Notes: a model not told the origin generated them from the letters alone. Positions 24,511 through 39,700 are shown, counted from the stretch's first letter. The stretch is 64,000 bases of DNA from Octopus bimaculoides (GCF_001194135.2 NC_068982.1:158934996-158998995), one strand, 5' to 3'. A program made the numbers and translations.

Positions 24511-25490
24511 TTGGGTCATTCCATAAGTAATGCAGTATTTTCAGTTACATGAACTAAAAGTCGGAGTGGGATGGGATAAACTACCTGCATCAACTTGCCA
24601 TAAAAGCCAGTAGTAATTTATCTCGTCCTTTTTCTTAGTGCAAGTTATGAAGAGTTCAGTTCGATTTTGACACTTAATTTTTCAAAGGTATAATTGAAGT
24701 GACAAAGGAGCATATTCAGCATATTTTATTTTATGATTTCAATAGAGGTAAAACGCAACGGAATGTGTGAAGTATATTAATGTAGGATATAGGGATCGGA
24801 CAATAAGCGCAAGTCAGTCTCAACTGTGGTTCCAAAAATTCCGAACTGGAAATTATAGCCTAAAAGACAAACCTCGTCCTAGAAGATCTGTAGAGCTCGA
24901 CAAGGACGTCGTACAAATTCTGGTAGAACTAAATCCCATCGTAACTGATGAGAAACTAGCAGAGATGCTTGGATTTCGTCATTCAGCCAGTCATTCAAGT
25001 CAGCACTAGAAGCAAAATAACCATCTTTGGTTTCAAGACGAAAGATGTTCTTCCATCATGTACAAGACGAAAGACGTTCAATCATGTACATGTTCTTCCA
25101 ACATGTACTCGAATCTGTTCTTCCATTAGGATAATGCTCAGCCACATACAGCGAGGATAACATTCCAAAGGCTGGTGCAGTTTGAATAGGAAATTATGCC
25201 CTACCCCCTACCCACCATATACTCCGGACATTGATTCATTCAGCAGTCTTCAAAATCAATAGGACGAAAAAATATAAATTATGCAAACGAGGTTACAACA
25301 GAACTAGATGAACGTCTTTCGTCACGGATAAGTGAATATTGGAAGTAGGGGCTTACAAGTCTACCGAATAGATGCAAGAGCATTGTTTACAATGAAAGAG
25401 AGAATATTTTAAATAAAAAAAGAACTTTATTTATCTTAATTTTGAAAAATAAAGGATGTATAAAAAAAAATCATTTATGGGATGATCCAA
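24511..25490 (+). mobile_element. Internally deleted mariner DNA transposon with both TIRs and TA target duplication
   Basis: ta|ttgggtcattccataagtaatg ... catttatgggatgatccaa|ta. Transposase remnants: KEHIQHILFY, WFQKFRTGNYSLKDKPRPRRSVELDKD, DNAQPHTARITFQRL, PYTPD. Confidence 0.92.
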
Positions 25491-26360
25491 TATATAAATA
25501 TTTGTAGTTATATGCATATATGTACAACTATATGTGTGTGTGTATACATGCAGATATGCAAATATGTATCCATACACACACAAACCCCTGCATTTGAACA
25601 TATGTGGCTTAATAGAGATGATAGATACATCTTTGGAAATATTATTATTGACTGTGAAAGCCATACCATATTTCAACAGCGCATTTTTTTTTTGTCATTT
25701 CCTTCAACTAGATGCTGGAAAATGTCATTCGATTTCACAGTAAGCCACAAAATGTTCGTCTCAGTTATTAAGAATATTCTCTTCCGTTCAAAACGGAATA
25801 TTGTTAATTAAAAGTGATGATGTCTAAAGAATAATATTGTGCTTTTTGTGAAATCATGAAATTGATTTTGTCGATTGTTACATTTCAGAACTGAAATTGT
25901 GAAGGCCGATGGTACGATTAGCCGATTGCATACGATATTTCATGAGACAAGCATCCATACATGGAGAGCCCATCTACACCTCGCTTCGTTCATAGGTGTA
26001 AAATGCAGTCAAATGCTGTTTATACACCTCAAAGCCTGTGCTAAAATCCTTTCAGGATATTCCTGTGTTATATGATGTCTGTGTCTCAGGCTAGGGTAGA
26101 TTTAATATATTGAGGCAAGCATAAAAATGTAACTTCTGGCCTTCATCTGATAGAAATCGTTTCTCCATTTTCTGAAGAATATTTTAGGTTATGTCAGCCC
26201 TCATGTTCATATGGGACTCCGAGGAGGGGGGATCCCTGAACACAGAGCTGCCAGATCTGTCCCAACACAAAGAATATAAATACAACCACACAAACAAACG
26301 CACGCATATATACATGCACACACACACACACGCGCGCGCACACACATATATATATATAGA

Positions 26361-26411
<51 letters not shown>

Positions 26412-26864
26412 TTCATAAAAATTATTCGTTACGTATGCCAATAAAGCAAAATCACCTACCTCGTGCTTATTTTTAAAAGTAAAATGTTTTCTTTTTATCA
26501 CTAGCATTGGTTAATCTTACGCTACCAATTAGTATCATTATAACGATTCTATTTGTGTAATTATTATATAAATATTATTATATAGAGAGTATATTTTTAT
26601 ATCTTCTAACTATTACTACTTCTTGAATGTCGCTAACATGTTGCATAGTTAAAGTAATAAATATTTCAAATATCTCCAGGAGTAATTATGATACGAATTA
26701 ATGAAAGACGAAATAACGAATAATGGTGTAAACAATTTTAGAGAAATTGAAGCAAGCAATAGAATAAAAAGAACTAAAAGATTGAATAAAAGTATTAATA
26801 AATAAATATAAATAAATCAAAACTAAATTATAGAAAACAAAAAATAAAAGTTCAAATCACTTAC

Positions 26865-27729
26865 GTAGGTTCGAAAGTTGTTTCATTGATTAACACCTTT
26901 TTTTCTTTTAATGGGACCCGCTACCGAAATGACCGCAGAACTGTATCTGAACTAGAATTCAATGTTCGGAGCAGCGCCCGTTGCAAACCATTCAGCGTTT
27001 TTCGTATAATTTCTAACAATTATTATCAAGGTTATTTTCAAAACACTTATCTGTCAATGAAATCATTAACTGATTATTTCTGTATTTACTTCCACGCAAT
27101 GAATCTCTGACGTTTACTGTCCATAGAATTCATGCTTTCAAGTAATCACTTTTGTAGTGTCAGTCATTTGCGTTTTTATCAACGCGCATTATATGTTTTT
27201 CTATACATATATTTCTCAACATTGTCTGTTTTATCATTATGCCCTGTTGGCTAGCGTTTTGGTTTCCCTTCCATTTTTATTTGAAAGATTTGACACTTCG
27301 TGTCTTCATATGTCTTTTATGTTCCTTCACATACCACAATCGGAAGGTTCATATAAATTAAAAGTGGTTCGTTGTTAGTCTGATACATATTGGAATAGAA
27401 TTTCATTTTCAAGTTCATCATCTCCTCACATTGCCTTGTCTTTTGGTCTAATCCTCGTCTGATTACGGAAAAAATGATTTCTTTTTCCTTGATTAGAAAT
27501 ACATTTTTCTTTATCCTCCGCAGAAGCTGTTTTAGTAGTAAACGAAATCAGTGCTATTTTGTAAAAGTTTCAGGGACGCTGCTCCGTGCTTCCATTGTGG
27601 ATTGCAACTGAATTGTGTAACGATTTGGGATATTCAAGCTGAAATTCTGGTGTGCTAATAATTCTGCTAGATTCTCCCCTTCCCCCGTCTTCTCAGTCAC
27701 TCCACCTTCTCCTTTTTATCAATACAAAT
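26865..27729 (-). other. Candidate untranslated upstream exon(s) of the glutamate-receptor gene
   Basis: Strong minus-strand donor gaacctac|GTAAGT (26859-26864) and an acceptor-like atttttctcag| (27730-27731) bracket repeat-free, relatively CpG-rich unique sequence. Purely sequence-based inference. Confidence 0.3.
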
Positions 27730-28171
27730 CTGAGAAAAATACATAAATATATTTGAAAGAAAAGTCTGTAATAAAATCTACACGGAGTAGGAATCTAAAA
27801 GAAGCAAAGAAAATAGAGAGCAAAATGACATGTACTATAGCATGTTACATTTCCGACCCACAATATTTTCTTTTTTATTTTTCTGTTTGCTTTCCTCTCT
27901 TCTTCTCCTTCTTCACCACATTTCTTTTGGTATAATATATCTTTCAAGGCGTCTAACTGATATTAGTGATTAGTAGTGAGCAACAGACTTGATGAATTGG
28001 AATAATGGGGAGAGTATTGGTATTTGCATTAAGGTGTCGTGTTCAGATTCTCGTGTTTCTATCAGCTGCCACCTGCAGAGAGCATCCATAAAATAAATCT
28101 GAGATCGCCATACGATAGCTCTTAAGATGCATCGATGCTTGCTCATTTTCACACTTGACTTGTGAGATAGG

Positions 28172-28179
28172 TGACGTCA
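28172..28179. promoter_or_regulatory. Full palindromic CRE site (TGACGTCA)
   Basis: Exact motif in unique DNA ~450 bp upstream of the candidate UTR exon. A single 8-mer can easily occur by chance. Confidence 0.25.
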
Positions 28180-30673
28180 ATAGAACAAATCTATAATTTG
28201 ATGAGAGAGAAAATGTTTTATTTATTTCCATTTTTTTCTTGCAGTAACTCATGACTAACCTACTCCACATCAAATTCAAGAGTAATTGATCAACGAAGGC
28301 AGATTTAAATGCGAATTTATATTTATTTTATTTATGTGGAATAATTTGTTTTTTTTTTATCATGTAACGGTATTTTAGTCATATAAAATGTATTTCTTTT
28401 AAAATGAAACATGTCAAACTTAACGAAGCATAATGTTTCAAATAAATGAAAAGAATATTATCAATGAAATGAAATTCATAAATTAAATAAATTAATAAAA
28501 ATCTAATTTATAAATCTAGAATGTTTAAAGTCAAGTACTACTAATTCCATGTGGTAACAAAGAATGTGCATTTATAATTAATGGAAAAGATAAATAAGTC
28601 ATGTAAGAAAATCATAGGTGACGAGATTTTGTGTTTCCTTCCCATAAATTGTTTCATTTTTTGAGTCCAATGTTATATTTCCACTGACAAAATAATGTCC
28701 ACGCGCAGATTTATTGAAAGCCTAAACGAATGAGTGCGTTTTATATAACAAGTCAAAACTAATCGCTGAATTCTTATTTCGATGTTGCAACTCTTGCTCC
28801 ATATAATTTGCAAAATATGTTTCAATTTACAAAACAAAGGTGCTTTATGTCCTAAAATGGAATGGGAATGGATATTGAATTCTGAAAACAACCAGAAATA
28901 TGAATCACAGTATCACACTTTAATTCTACACAGGCTGTAACTTTTAAAAATATGGAATGAAAATGCAAACATCTCTACACTGCCACTCTCCTTATAAAAA
29001 CTACGTTCCAAACCGTCTTCAAATGACATGGTATATTATTTTTCGAAAGGACTGCTTGATTTATATATTTAAATAACCTCTGTAGCTGACAAAAATAACT
29101 CCTTGCGTTTGCCAAGCTTTAACCCTCTAACACGGACTGCATTGGCCGAAGAGGAAAACCTGTGTAATCATCGCAGCCTCCGCACATGGCTGCACAATAT
29201 CAAATGCAAGGCGCACTGATTTCCTCCAGTGCAGCGGTAGTTTGAAGCAGATGAATTTTCTATACTGTTGAAAACGACCATTACACAATGAATGTCAATA
29301 CACAATTAATGATTATTTCTAGCATAAGCATAAGCACATGGCACAAGCATTAAGAGAATATATTATCAATATAATCGAATCTAGTATTTGACTTGTGTTG
29401 TATTTCATCAACGCAGAAAAAAAAAAAAACGAAAATTGATTTTACCGGTGATATGTAAGAAGCTGGAACGAACATCCTAATTCGACCTGACTGACACTCT
29501 AACGTTTCTGCTTATCCATCATACATATGAACAGACATATTAAGAAATAATTAAATGGATCTGACAAGAATTTCATAAAGAAGCAAGGAAACGAAATCTA
29601 AGAAAATATATAAAATATCATATCAAAAAGTAACACATGTAATCATTCTTTTATATACCAGATGGAATATATATGCACAAATGCTTAAAAAACACACAGC
29701 TAGAAATAGTTATGCAGACACATCGTAAAATACAAAAACAAGCATATACAAACGTGCACGCATTAAGATGCGCGCAAATGATGTGGACAATGAGCATTAA
29801 TTGAAAGAGTTGCACAGCAGAGACCTGAACTATCCAGCAGATTCCTGTCGAAAACAGCTGGCTTTATAAAAAAAAAACGATTACATATGAAATTCTCGTG
29901 TGGACGTCATTCAGCTTTTCGGTAAATAAAATAGAGCTAAAATAGAGCTAAATATCAGAATAGAAAATATATAGAAACATTATAGAAAAAGTGAAAATAA
30001 TAGTAAGGAACTTCCCCATAGCTGACACTCTGAACAAGAGTTGACTGGTAGAATAGAGTCAATGTCCACATTACAGATATACAATGAAATCTGTTGGCAT
30101 TATGGTTTACTATATTATCACAAAATGAGATACAACAGTACTAACATTATATATACATAAGTGTATTTGCTCGTATATGTCCGTGTGTGCGGTGTTTGTG
30201 CGTTGGTGTGTGTGTCTGTGTGTGTGCCTGTGTGTGTGTGTATGTGTATGTGTGTGTGTGTGTGTGCTTGTGTGTATGTGGGCTTGTGTTTATATATGAA
30301 TATGCATGAATATATACTATTTCTTTATTAGACTTCTAATTAGTTTAGAGCTACAACGTTATTAAAGCTTTCTTCTTTACATATCCTGAATGATGAGGCA
30401 TCCAATGAAATATATGAATTTCTCAGTAAATATAGAAGTTATAAAGTTTTCTCCCCAGACACATTGTTATGTCGTACATACAAGACATATCTACGCCGAC
30501 AGAACATGCATTTATAAGTCAGTACAACGGATTGCAATGCATTGCCAAAACAATCATAGATAACAAATTATTTATCTTAATATACAATGGTGAACGCTTT
30601 CTTTTATAGACTACAGCATTTCATAAGTCATTAAAAGCAAAGTACAACTTAGATAGATAGATAGATAGATAGG

Positions 30674-30711
<38 letters not shown>

Positions 30712-31168
30712 TATAGGCAAAGAGAGAGAGAGGGAGAGAGAGAGAGAGAGAGAGAGAGAAGGATCTCCTTTCCTATACAACAATTATCTATATATTTATT
30801 TATTTACTCATTTACCATTGTAAATTAGTTTATTCTTGCCTGATTATACCTTGTGCTCGACCACTTGGAACAGCTATTTTCTGGCTCCAAAAAGCCGTAA
30901 TGGAGAAAGGCGCGAAGGAATTACTATGTAAATCTGCATGTATCGTTATTGATCCTACCTTTGCTTTGTAATTCATAACTAGTAGCACTAGTAGGTATAA
31001 AAGTTACTTACGAATTAGGCAGAATACAGAATATTGGATTATGAAAATGTATGTGAAGGTTTAAATATAGCAGCAGCAGTTGTAGTTGAGTATTCATTCG
31101 TATCCATAATTTCTACTACATATGTTTCGGTGGGTGTGTGTATGTATGTGTGTGTGTGTGTGTGAGAG

Positions 31169-31204
<36 letters not shown>

Positions 31205-34200
31205 AGTGTGTGTGTGTGTGTGTGTGTGTGCGTGTGTGTTTGAGAGCGTCTGAGTGAGTTTAAAACTCTTGTGTATGTGATTATCTAAATGTCTTAGTTG
31301 TGAGAACCAAAGACAATGAGATAAAATAAAGAAAAATATATCATTTGCCTTCATCGTTCAGTTTTAAATACTGGACCAACCCCCAATATTCCGTTTACAG
31401 CATTTCCTAAAAGTTTTCGTTTGTGTAGTGTCATTGGAGTTATGCCATTTGCTGCTTTTAGATTTGAATACATCGAGATGGAATTATATTTAATAATTTG
31501 CGTATATTATTTGTATTTTTTACTTATATATAGTGATATGTATGCTGATATATATATATATATGTTCATAAACGCATATGCACATATACAAATACATACG
31601 TATATTTTTATAGGCTGTTCCTTTGTTAATACTCTTTGTATAAACGATAGAAATTTTATATGGAAATTTTTACCATTAATATTATAGTAGTACTTTACGA
31701 ATTGTTTTCAATATAATGATATACAAATGGCATAATTATAGTAATTATTTATTTTTCTAAATAAATATGTGTGCATTGCCATTTAAGAATTTAGCACAAT
31801 AACTTTTATTTGTACATATATTTTAATATCACCTTATTTATTGCCTTGTAATATTGTATCTCACAAATGTACGTATTCATTTAAAACTGTTGTGAACAAT
31901 ATGAATATTTCCATCATTGTGCATGCATATTTCCGTTATTTGCTGTGTTTTGTAATATTTGTAATCAATACTGATTGCAATTATTTAATACATTCTCCAA
32001 AGTGCCTTCAGAAAACAATTTAGAATCAACTCAATTAATAATGAATACACACCATGGAAGTATTTAAAATAAATATCAATTTTTGGAGATGGTATTTAAT
32101 TAAATTCTTTAGATTCTTTCCATGCATCGAATATTCCTGAAAACCCCAAATTGTTTATATATCCCATGAATTAGTAACCTTACAAATTTAGATTTCTGCT
32201 TCAGCAATTCAGCAGTTTATTAGAGAATATTCAATGCATTTAAAATTTGCTCCAAACATATTTTAGGCTTCCATTTTATATATCGCTGAAAGGTTTATCG
32301 TAAAATCACATTTGCAACAAATGTTACCATATCATGAATCCAATTTACATGGCTATTCATAAATGGGCGATTAAGAACTGGAACTAACATGTTAAGTCAT
32401 AGTTGATCCCCTATATACATTATATATGTTATAAGTATTATTTATTTACAGATTTGATGCCATATTCCATACACTGTGCAATATAAAATATCATAACAAT
32501 GGAGGAGACATAATGCAATTTCTTGATGGATCTAAGAAATTGTTGACGAGAAGCAATCAATGAAATAAAGTAACATGAAAACAACTGACCTTAAACCAAA
32601 ATTTCTTTCTGCTTACAAGAAGTAATGGCAGGTGTGTATCCTCAATTTACAATATATTAAAGTAATTTACACATTTCCCAATACTGCTCAAAGTTAAAGA
32701 TGTAAAACTTCACAGTGTTTCGTGTGTATTAAAAAACAAAGTGGACTTGGCCTTGCCTATATACTTAATGCACCATCGGCAGAATGCGAATCGAAGTAAT
32801 CCAGGTTTATTTTTAGTATCTTGTATGCTCGATTATCTGCACTATTTTAAAAATTAAGGCAGAATTTCAGCATGGAAGCGTTGAAATATTACGTAATTTA
32901 AAAGCACAATGAAATTAAGCTACACGTGGCCATAAGGTGTTGCAGTATCTGAAAGTCTCTTCCGTTTGAACATTATCTTCGGAAACTATTCAAGAGTTTG
33001 AAGGAATTAATTTAAAATAGCGAAAATAAATGCGCCTTTGCGTTTCTGCAACGTGATGAGGTTAGCAATCTTTAATTATAAAGCAACAGAACATATGCTA
33101 TAATATCATTGAACGGGACTTTAGAAAGCGTTAATGTGACCGGTACACTGGGATATAAAGATCAAGACGTTTTCTATTCAAAGGAAGATAACTGTCACAT
33201 TTTGCATAAGGCTATCTTTTATGTTGCTCGTGATAGTGTAAATTTGATTAATACATGAAATATATTAAATGCTTGGATGTAAATGATAAAACTCAATATT
33301 ATGGAGTTTATGGTCCAACAATGGATATAGTCTGTCAAACTAATAGCAATATAAAACTTATTTCAGTGTTATTTGATAAATAGCTGCAGAAAAGAATTAA
33401 TCAAACTTATAGGTAAGTGGAAAATATATTGTCTAAGGATATTAAGCAGTGATCAGAAGAGCTGTCTAGGAACCATATACAGCCCATGGTGATATACATA
33501 CATACATATATACATATACATACAAACATACATACACACATATATATATACNNNNNNNNNNNNNNNNNNNNNNNNNNNNNNNNNNNNNNNNNNNNNNNNN
33601 NNNNNNNNNNNNNNNNNNNNNNNNNNNNNNNNNNNNNNNNNNNNNNNNNNNNNNNNNNNNNNNNNNATATAAAAGGGACATTTCATTTCGTCGCTTTCTT
33701 TCCGAGAAAAGCAGCTTGATATTTTTTTAAATAACACTTTGAAATGATGGTATCTAACCCTACATTGGATAATGTATTATGTAGATCTTCAAAAGAAATA
33801 AATCGTCATAGCTTAAAAAGCTTTTATCTTGACACGGTTAAATCAAGCGTAAATTACTACCTTTTCAGCTATTACTCCTAACAACATTTGCAGCGACAAC
33901 AACAGGAAAAACAAAGACTAAATGCAATATCTATTCATTTCCAGTAAAACAATCCATTGTATTTCACTACGACTGGAACCTGATGCAGATAATATTTATA
34001 TATTTAATATTTATATAGGTGTTCAATAATAGTCAACGCTATCTCACGTATATTAATTTCGAAATCAATTTAACATACCGTTATTGAAACAAAAAAAATC
34101 ATCGTTTATATTGTTGCCGCCTATGTAGGATATATGGCTATACACAATATTATTGCTAATTTCCAGTTAAGACCAACGTTTTATTTTATTTTTTTTCCTC

Positions 34201-36472
34201 AAATCACTTTTGAACTCCGAGAGCTACTTCATCCACTTTTATTAAAATTAAAATTCCGAGCGCATGTCCAAATTGTGATCATGAATAAATTGTAACATTA
34301 TACAGAATCTCTAACCCAAAGGAGCAAATTTATGAACTGAAAATTACAGCTTTTACCAGCCATCTCCATAGTGATTGTATAATACTGACCAATGCTTAAA
34401 CAGTTAATATGTACTGTTAATTAACAATAGTATAAGACGATACTGGCACATCTGTGTAGACTACTTCAAATGTAGACTACAACAAATTGTGTTCTTAAGC
34501 AATGAAAACAATGCATTCTTTTATTTGAACTGACTATTATTTAGTTGACACACGCAGTAGGTTGAGAAATTGATGCACAGAGAATTGCTTAACGTTTGAT
34601 TTAACAATCTTGGCTCTCATATGCATTTTGCATACATTTCCTAATCTTTCCCTTTTTTTTGTCTACGCCAGTATCACCGACCACTTCATCAGATTCCTTC
34701 GTGAACACACATTGACGGATTTATTTGGCGGGGCGATGTTTCCGGATAGATTTAACAATCAATTACTTTCTCTGTCACTCGTTCCCTTCTCATATCTCCA
34801 TGAATTCCGTCGTGCAGTTTTCAACTCTTATATTCCCTTACAGATACTTAAATACGTTCGCACTTTTTTCTTATGACGAATATTTACTTTCGGTTCTTCT
34901 CCTCACCCTTCTCCATTCTAATTATGGTTATCATTATCTACTTCCAGTGTAGATCATTTTCCTGACACCCTGGAGCGACACATGAACAGTTCGTTTCCTT
35001 TAATTCCCCGCTTCATTTGCTCGAGAACGATTCTATGCCAGAAAGATGGATAAACTTACTTTTTTTCCAGAGGGATTATCACCTGAATTAACTTAACATA
35101 TAATAATGGTAATGCACTATAAACAAGAACAATGTTTGCATATTGGTGAAGGCTTTAAAAAAGTGGAAGCCAACATTGAAAGCAAACTACACAATAGAAG
35201 ACAACCAACAACAATCATTTTCACGAATCACCAGAAAGTGGGCAATTTAATTCGCATGGACAGATCAGTCACAATTTATGTAATATAACTATAGTATTTT
35301 CACAATGCATTACAGACAGCAGTGGAATACTTTGGAATATGTATTAAATTTATGTACCCTGTCAGTTGAAACTCGTCGATTGAAACACGACGAAAGACAG
35401 AGAGATTTGGAATTCTAGTCATTTATGCTAGCAGTGTTTAAAGAAAATATATACGCGTTCTTTGTACTCTGGTTACATAGGATAGATGATGGATGTTTCC
35501 TTATGATCAGAAAAGACGTCCTTTGCATGGGATAACAAGTTCTCTCCAATACTTTAGTAGTTTAAGAGTCTGCGATTGACATAGCACCTCATAGTTATTG
35601 TTCACGTAACAGGGGAGGTAATGAAGTTACATTATTAGCATTTACAGAGAAGATATAGCACAGAATATAAATGTTTTTATTTAGTAAATTTAAGAATAAT
35701 TATCTAAATCTGTACATTTAAGCGCGGTTGCAAATCTCAATTAATGCAGGTCCTTTTATTTATCCACCGCTCCGCAGATATTCTGTTACAAACACCGATA
35801 TACGATGTCAGTTGAGTGATTGAAAAACTAGTGGAAAGAATTCGGGTAATCAGTTAAAGCGAACTACTGGAAGCAGAGAGTGTTGTAGTAGAGTTAGAAA
35901 ACGGCAAATAGAGAACGAGAAGTGATGCATTTTATCCGACCTTCGTTCTTGGGACACAAAGATTTTGGCGTGTGAGTGAGTGTAAATGCGTACAGTATAT
36001 GCCTGTTAGCAGTTATGCGTGCACAAAATAGCAATCTAACAAATATTGATTGTCACCGCGTGAATCTGTTTACCATTCCCGCATTGAGTTAAAATATTAA
36101 CAGTATCTGAAACTATACCATCTTGTCGTTAGCCGTCTTCGTGTATTCCAGCTGGGAACCTGTCCTTTTGAGTGTTCTAATCGTTTTCCGGATGTAGTGT
36201 GTGTATGAGGGAGTGTTTGTGTTTCAGTGTGTGCATGTGTATTTGGGCGGGTGTATATATTATGCGGGTATGTATTTATGTACGGGTTTATTGTTCGTGT
36301 AGTAAGCTACGAAATATGAACTGCCACTCCGATTCACGGGGATCACACTATCCACTCCTCAGAGAATCAACCGTAGGTTTCCTATAGTAGACTAGTGAGA
36401 CTGTATGTGTGTGCTTTTGTGTTTATGTGTGTGAGACACAGGGAGAGAAAGAGCGAGAGAGANNNNNNNNNN

Positions 36473-36557
<85 letters not shown>

Positions 36558-38135
36558 GAGAAGGAAACTGATGTGAGTATGCCCCTTCGAAGGAATGTGT
36601 ATCATTACATTTATGAATCTCTACTTCAAAATGGGGTTTTGCTGGTGCCATCAAATTTTTTTTTTACTAAAGCGACGTGAGCCGATAAACAGAGTCAAAT
36701 AAAATTAGGGCAAAATGAAATACACAATGAATTGACACAATGGACAAAGTTATTCAAGGCAGTGCTCCGGTATGTGAACATTCGGGTATCCGAAAGCAAC
36801 AAAATATGAAATACATTTATATATGTGTATGTATGTATGTATGTATGTATGTACCACTATGTACATGCAAATGCATATATCTATCTCTCTTTACCTCTAT
36901 CTCCTTTCCTCTCTCTCTTCCTTTTCTCTTTCACTCTTTTATTCTCTCTCCCTCTCTCTCTATATATATATTCGTATACATATATCAACATTCATACATA
37001 TATATANNNNNNNNNNNNNNNNNNNNNNNNNNNNNNNNNNNNNNNNNNNNNNNNNNNNNNNNNNNNNNNNNNNNNNNNNNNNNNNNNNNNNNNNNNNNNN
37101 NNNNNNNNNNNNNNNNNNNNNNNNNNNNNNNNNNNNNNNNNNNNNNNNNNNNNNNNNNNNNNNNNNNNNNNNNNNNNNNNNNNNNNNNNNNNNNNNNNNN
37201 NNNNNNNNNNNNNNNNNNNNNNNNNNNNNNNNNNNNNNNNNNNNNNNNNNNNNNNNNNNNNNNNNNNNNNNNNNNNNNNNNNNNNNNNNNNNNNNNNNNN
37301 NNNNNNNNNNNNNNNNNNNNNNNNNNNNNNNNNNNNNNNNNNNNNNNNNNNNNNNNNNNNNNNNNNNNNNNNNNNNNNNNNNNNNNNNNNNNNNNNNNNN
37401 NNNNNNNNNNNNNNNNNNNNNNNNNNNNNNNNNNNNNNNNNNNNNNNNNNNNNNNNNNNNNNNNNNNNNNNNNNNNNNNNNNNNNNNNNNNNNNNNNNNN
37501 NNNNNNNNNNNNNNNNNNNNNNNNNNNNNNNNNNNNNNNNNNNNNNNNNNNNNNNNNNNNNNNNNNNNNNNNNNNNNNNNNNNNNNNNNNNNNNNNNNNN
37601 NNNNNNNNNNNNNNNNNNNNNNNNNNNNNNNNNNNNNNNNNNNNNNNNNNNNNNNNNNNNNNNNNNNNNNNNNNNNNNNNNNNNNNNNNNNNNNNNNNNN
37701 NNNNNNNNNNNNNNNNNNTATATATATGTACATATATACATACACACACACGCATATATATAGATAGATATATACTACTTATACAGGGATATATATACAC
37801 ACGCGCACACATATACATATGTGGGAACGTACACAGAGTGGGTGCATCTGTCTGCACGCGTGCTTGTGTTTGTGTCGATATCTAATGGATATATTTATAC
37901 TAAACGATAGAATCCAAATAATATTCAAAATTCTTTTCTAAGTATCACGCCATTTTCATGCATTGATAAAATCGTTGACTTACCAAGGGAAGCCATAAAT
38001 ACACTTTTATAATCACGAACATTTAAAATTGTTGAAAAACTGGAAAAATCTCAAACGAATATTTGCAATCGTGATGTATAAATAAAAGCTTATAAGGTAA
38101 ATCCTTGCATGTATGTATGTATGTATGTATGTATG

Positions 38136-38169
<34 letters not shown>

Positions 38170-39019
38170 TGTACCTATCTATCTAGCTATATANNNNNNN
38201 NNNNNNNNNNNNNNNNNNNNNNNNNNNNNNNNNNNNNNNNNNNNNNNNNNNNNNNNNNNNNNNNNNNNNNNNNNNNNNNNNNNNNNNNNNNNNNNNNNNN
38301 NNNNNNNNNNNNNNNNNNNNNNNNNNNNNNNNNNNNNNNNNNNNNNNNNNNNNNNNNNNNNNNNNNNNNNNNNNNNNNNNNNNNNNNNNNNNNNNNNNNN
38401 NNNNNNNNNNNNNNNNNNNNNNNNNNNNNNNNNNNNNNNNNNNNNNNNNNNNNNNNNNNNNNNNNNNNNNNNNNNNNNNNNNNNNNNNNNNNNNNNNNNN
38501 NNNNNNNNNNNNNNNNNNNNNNNNNNNNNNNNNNNNNNNNNNNNNNNNNNNNNNNNNNNNNNNNNNNNNNNNNNNNNNNNNNNNNNNNNNNNNNNNNNNN
38601 NNNNNNNNNNACACACACACACACACACACACATATGTATATATATAAATAATTATTACCTATGAGGTTTTCATTCCTATGCTGGCCACCTGATATGATC
38701 GGTATTTTAAATAACGATCTTATCCTTATTTATATAAATTTACACACACACATATACACACAAACACACATACACACACATGCACACACATATACATATA
38801 TTTATATATATATGTATATACAGATAGATACATACATACATATATCCATACAAACATACATACATATATCCATACAAACATACATACATGCATACACAAA
38901 CATGAGAGTACACAACACATAAAACACCCTTTTAATGCTTATTTAAACTTGAAAGGATTTATATGTTTTGTTAATTGACATATATGTCTTTCAGATTTTA
39001 TATGTGACTGTTTAATCAC

Positions 39020-39700
39020 ATCACAATCCCAGAACAGTTGCCAGGTATCTTCAGAAACTTGGCTACTATGGCAGAGCAACAAGCAGGAAGCCACTTCTTC
39101 GACCAGTCAATATCAAACAGAGAAATGATGGGGCAGGTGAGAGAGCAGAGACACTCATATTCTCTCATTAGTTCGAATCTGCTGCATTTTCTGAAAGTGA
39201 GTCTTGAGACTCTGTGATCAAGAATTTGACGTGTAAAGATTGCAGCCAAAACTAAAACACGGCGGCTATTCTGTGTTAGTCTAGGGAGCAATTTGGGCAT
39301 TAGTCGATCAGAGCTGGTGGAGTGTGAGTGATACACAACAGATAAATATGTGCTCATATTGTCGAAAGGACTCCTTCCAATCTGCTCCAGTGGTGAAGTG
39401 ATTAAAGAAGTCTCTTTATCTATGGAAGATGAGGTTCCTTGTCATATGGCTAAAAAAAGACCCAAGGTTGGTTGGAAGAGAATGGCATTAAAAAGCTTCG
39501 ATGGCCAAGCCAGACACCATAGGTGAAGTCTCTTGAACACCTCTGGATTGCCTGATAACCCCATAAAAAGAATGTGGAAATATTATCAAAGTGCTAGCAA
39601 AAAACTACTTGGATGACAGTCTTTCTGCTAGTACTTTATAATTGTCATAGAGGGATTAACATAAGGAAAGTAAAACTGCTACGTGGTCTCCTAACATGCC
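39020..39700 (+). mobile_element. Degenerate Tc1-like transposase remnant
   Basis: TVARYLQKLGYYGRATSRKPLLRPVNIKQR (Tc3/Tc1 HTH2 region), and later MEDEVPCHMAK...EENGIKKLRWPSQTP*VKSLEHLW (degenerate DNAPCH / WPSQSPDLNPIEHLW). Confidence 0.85.
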
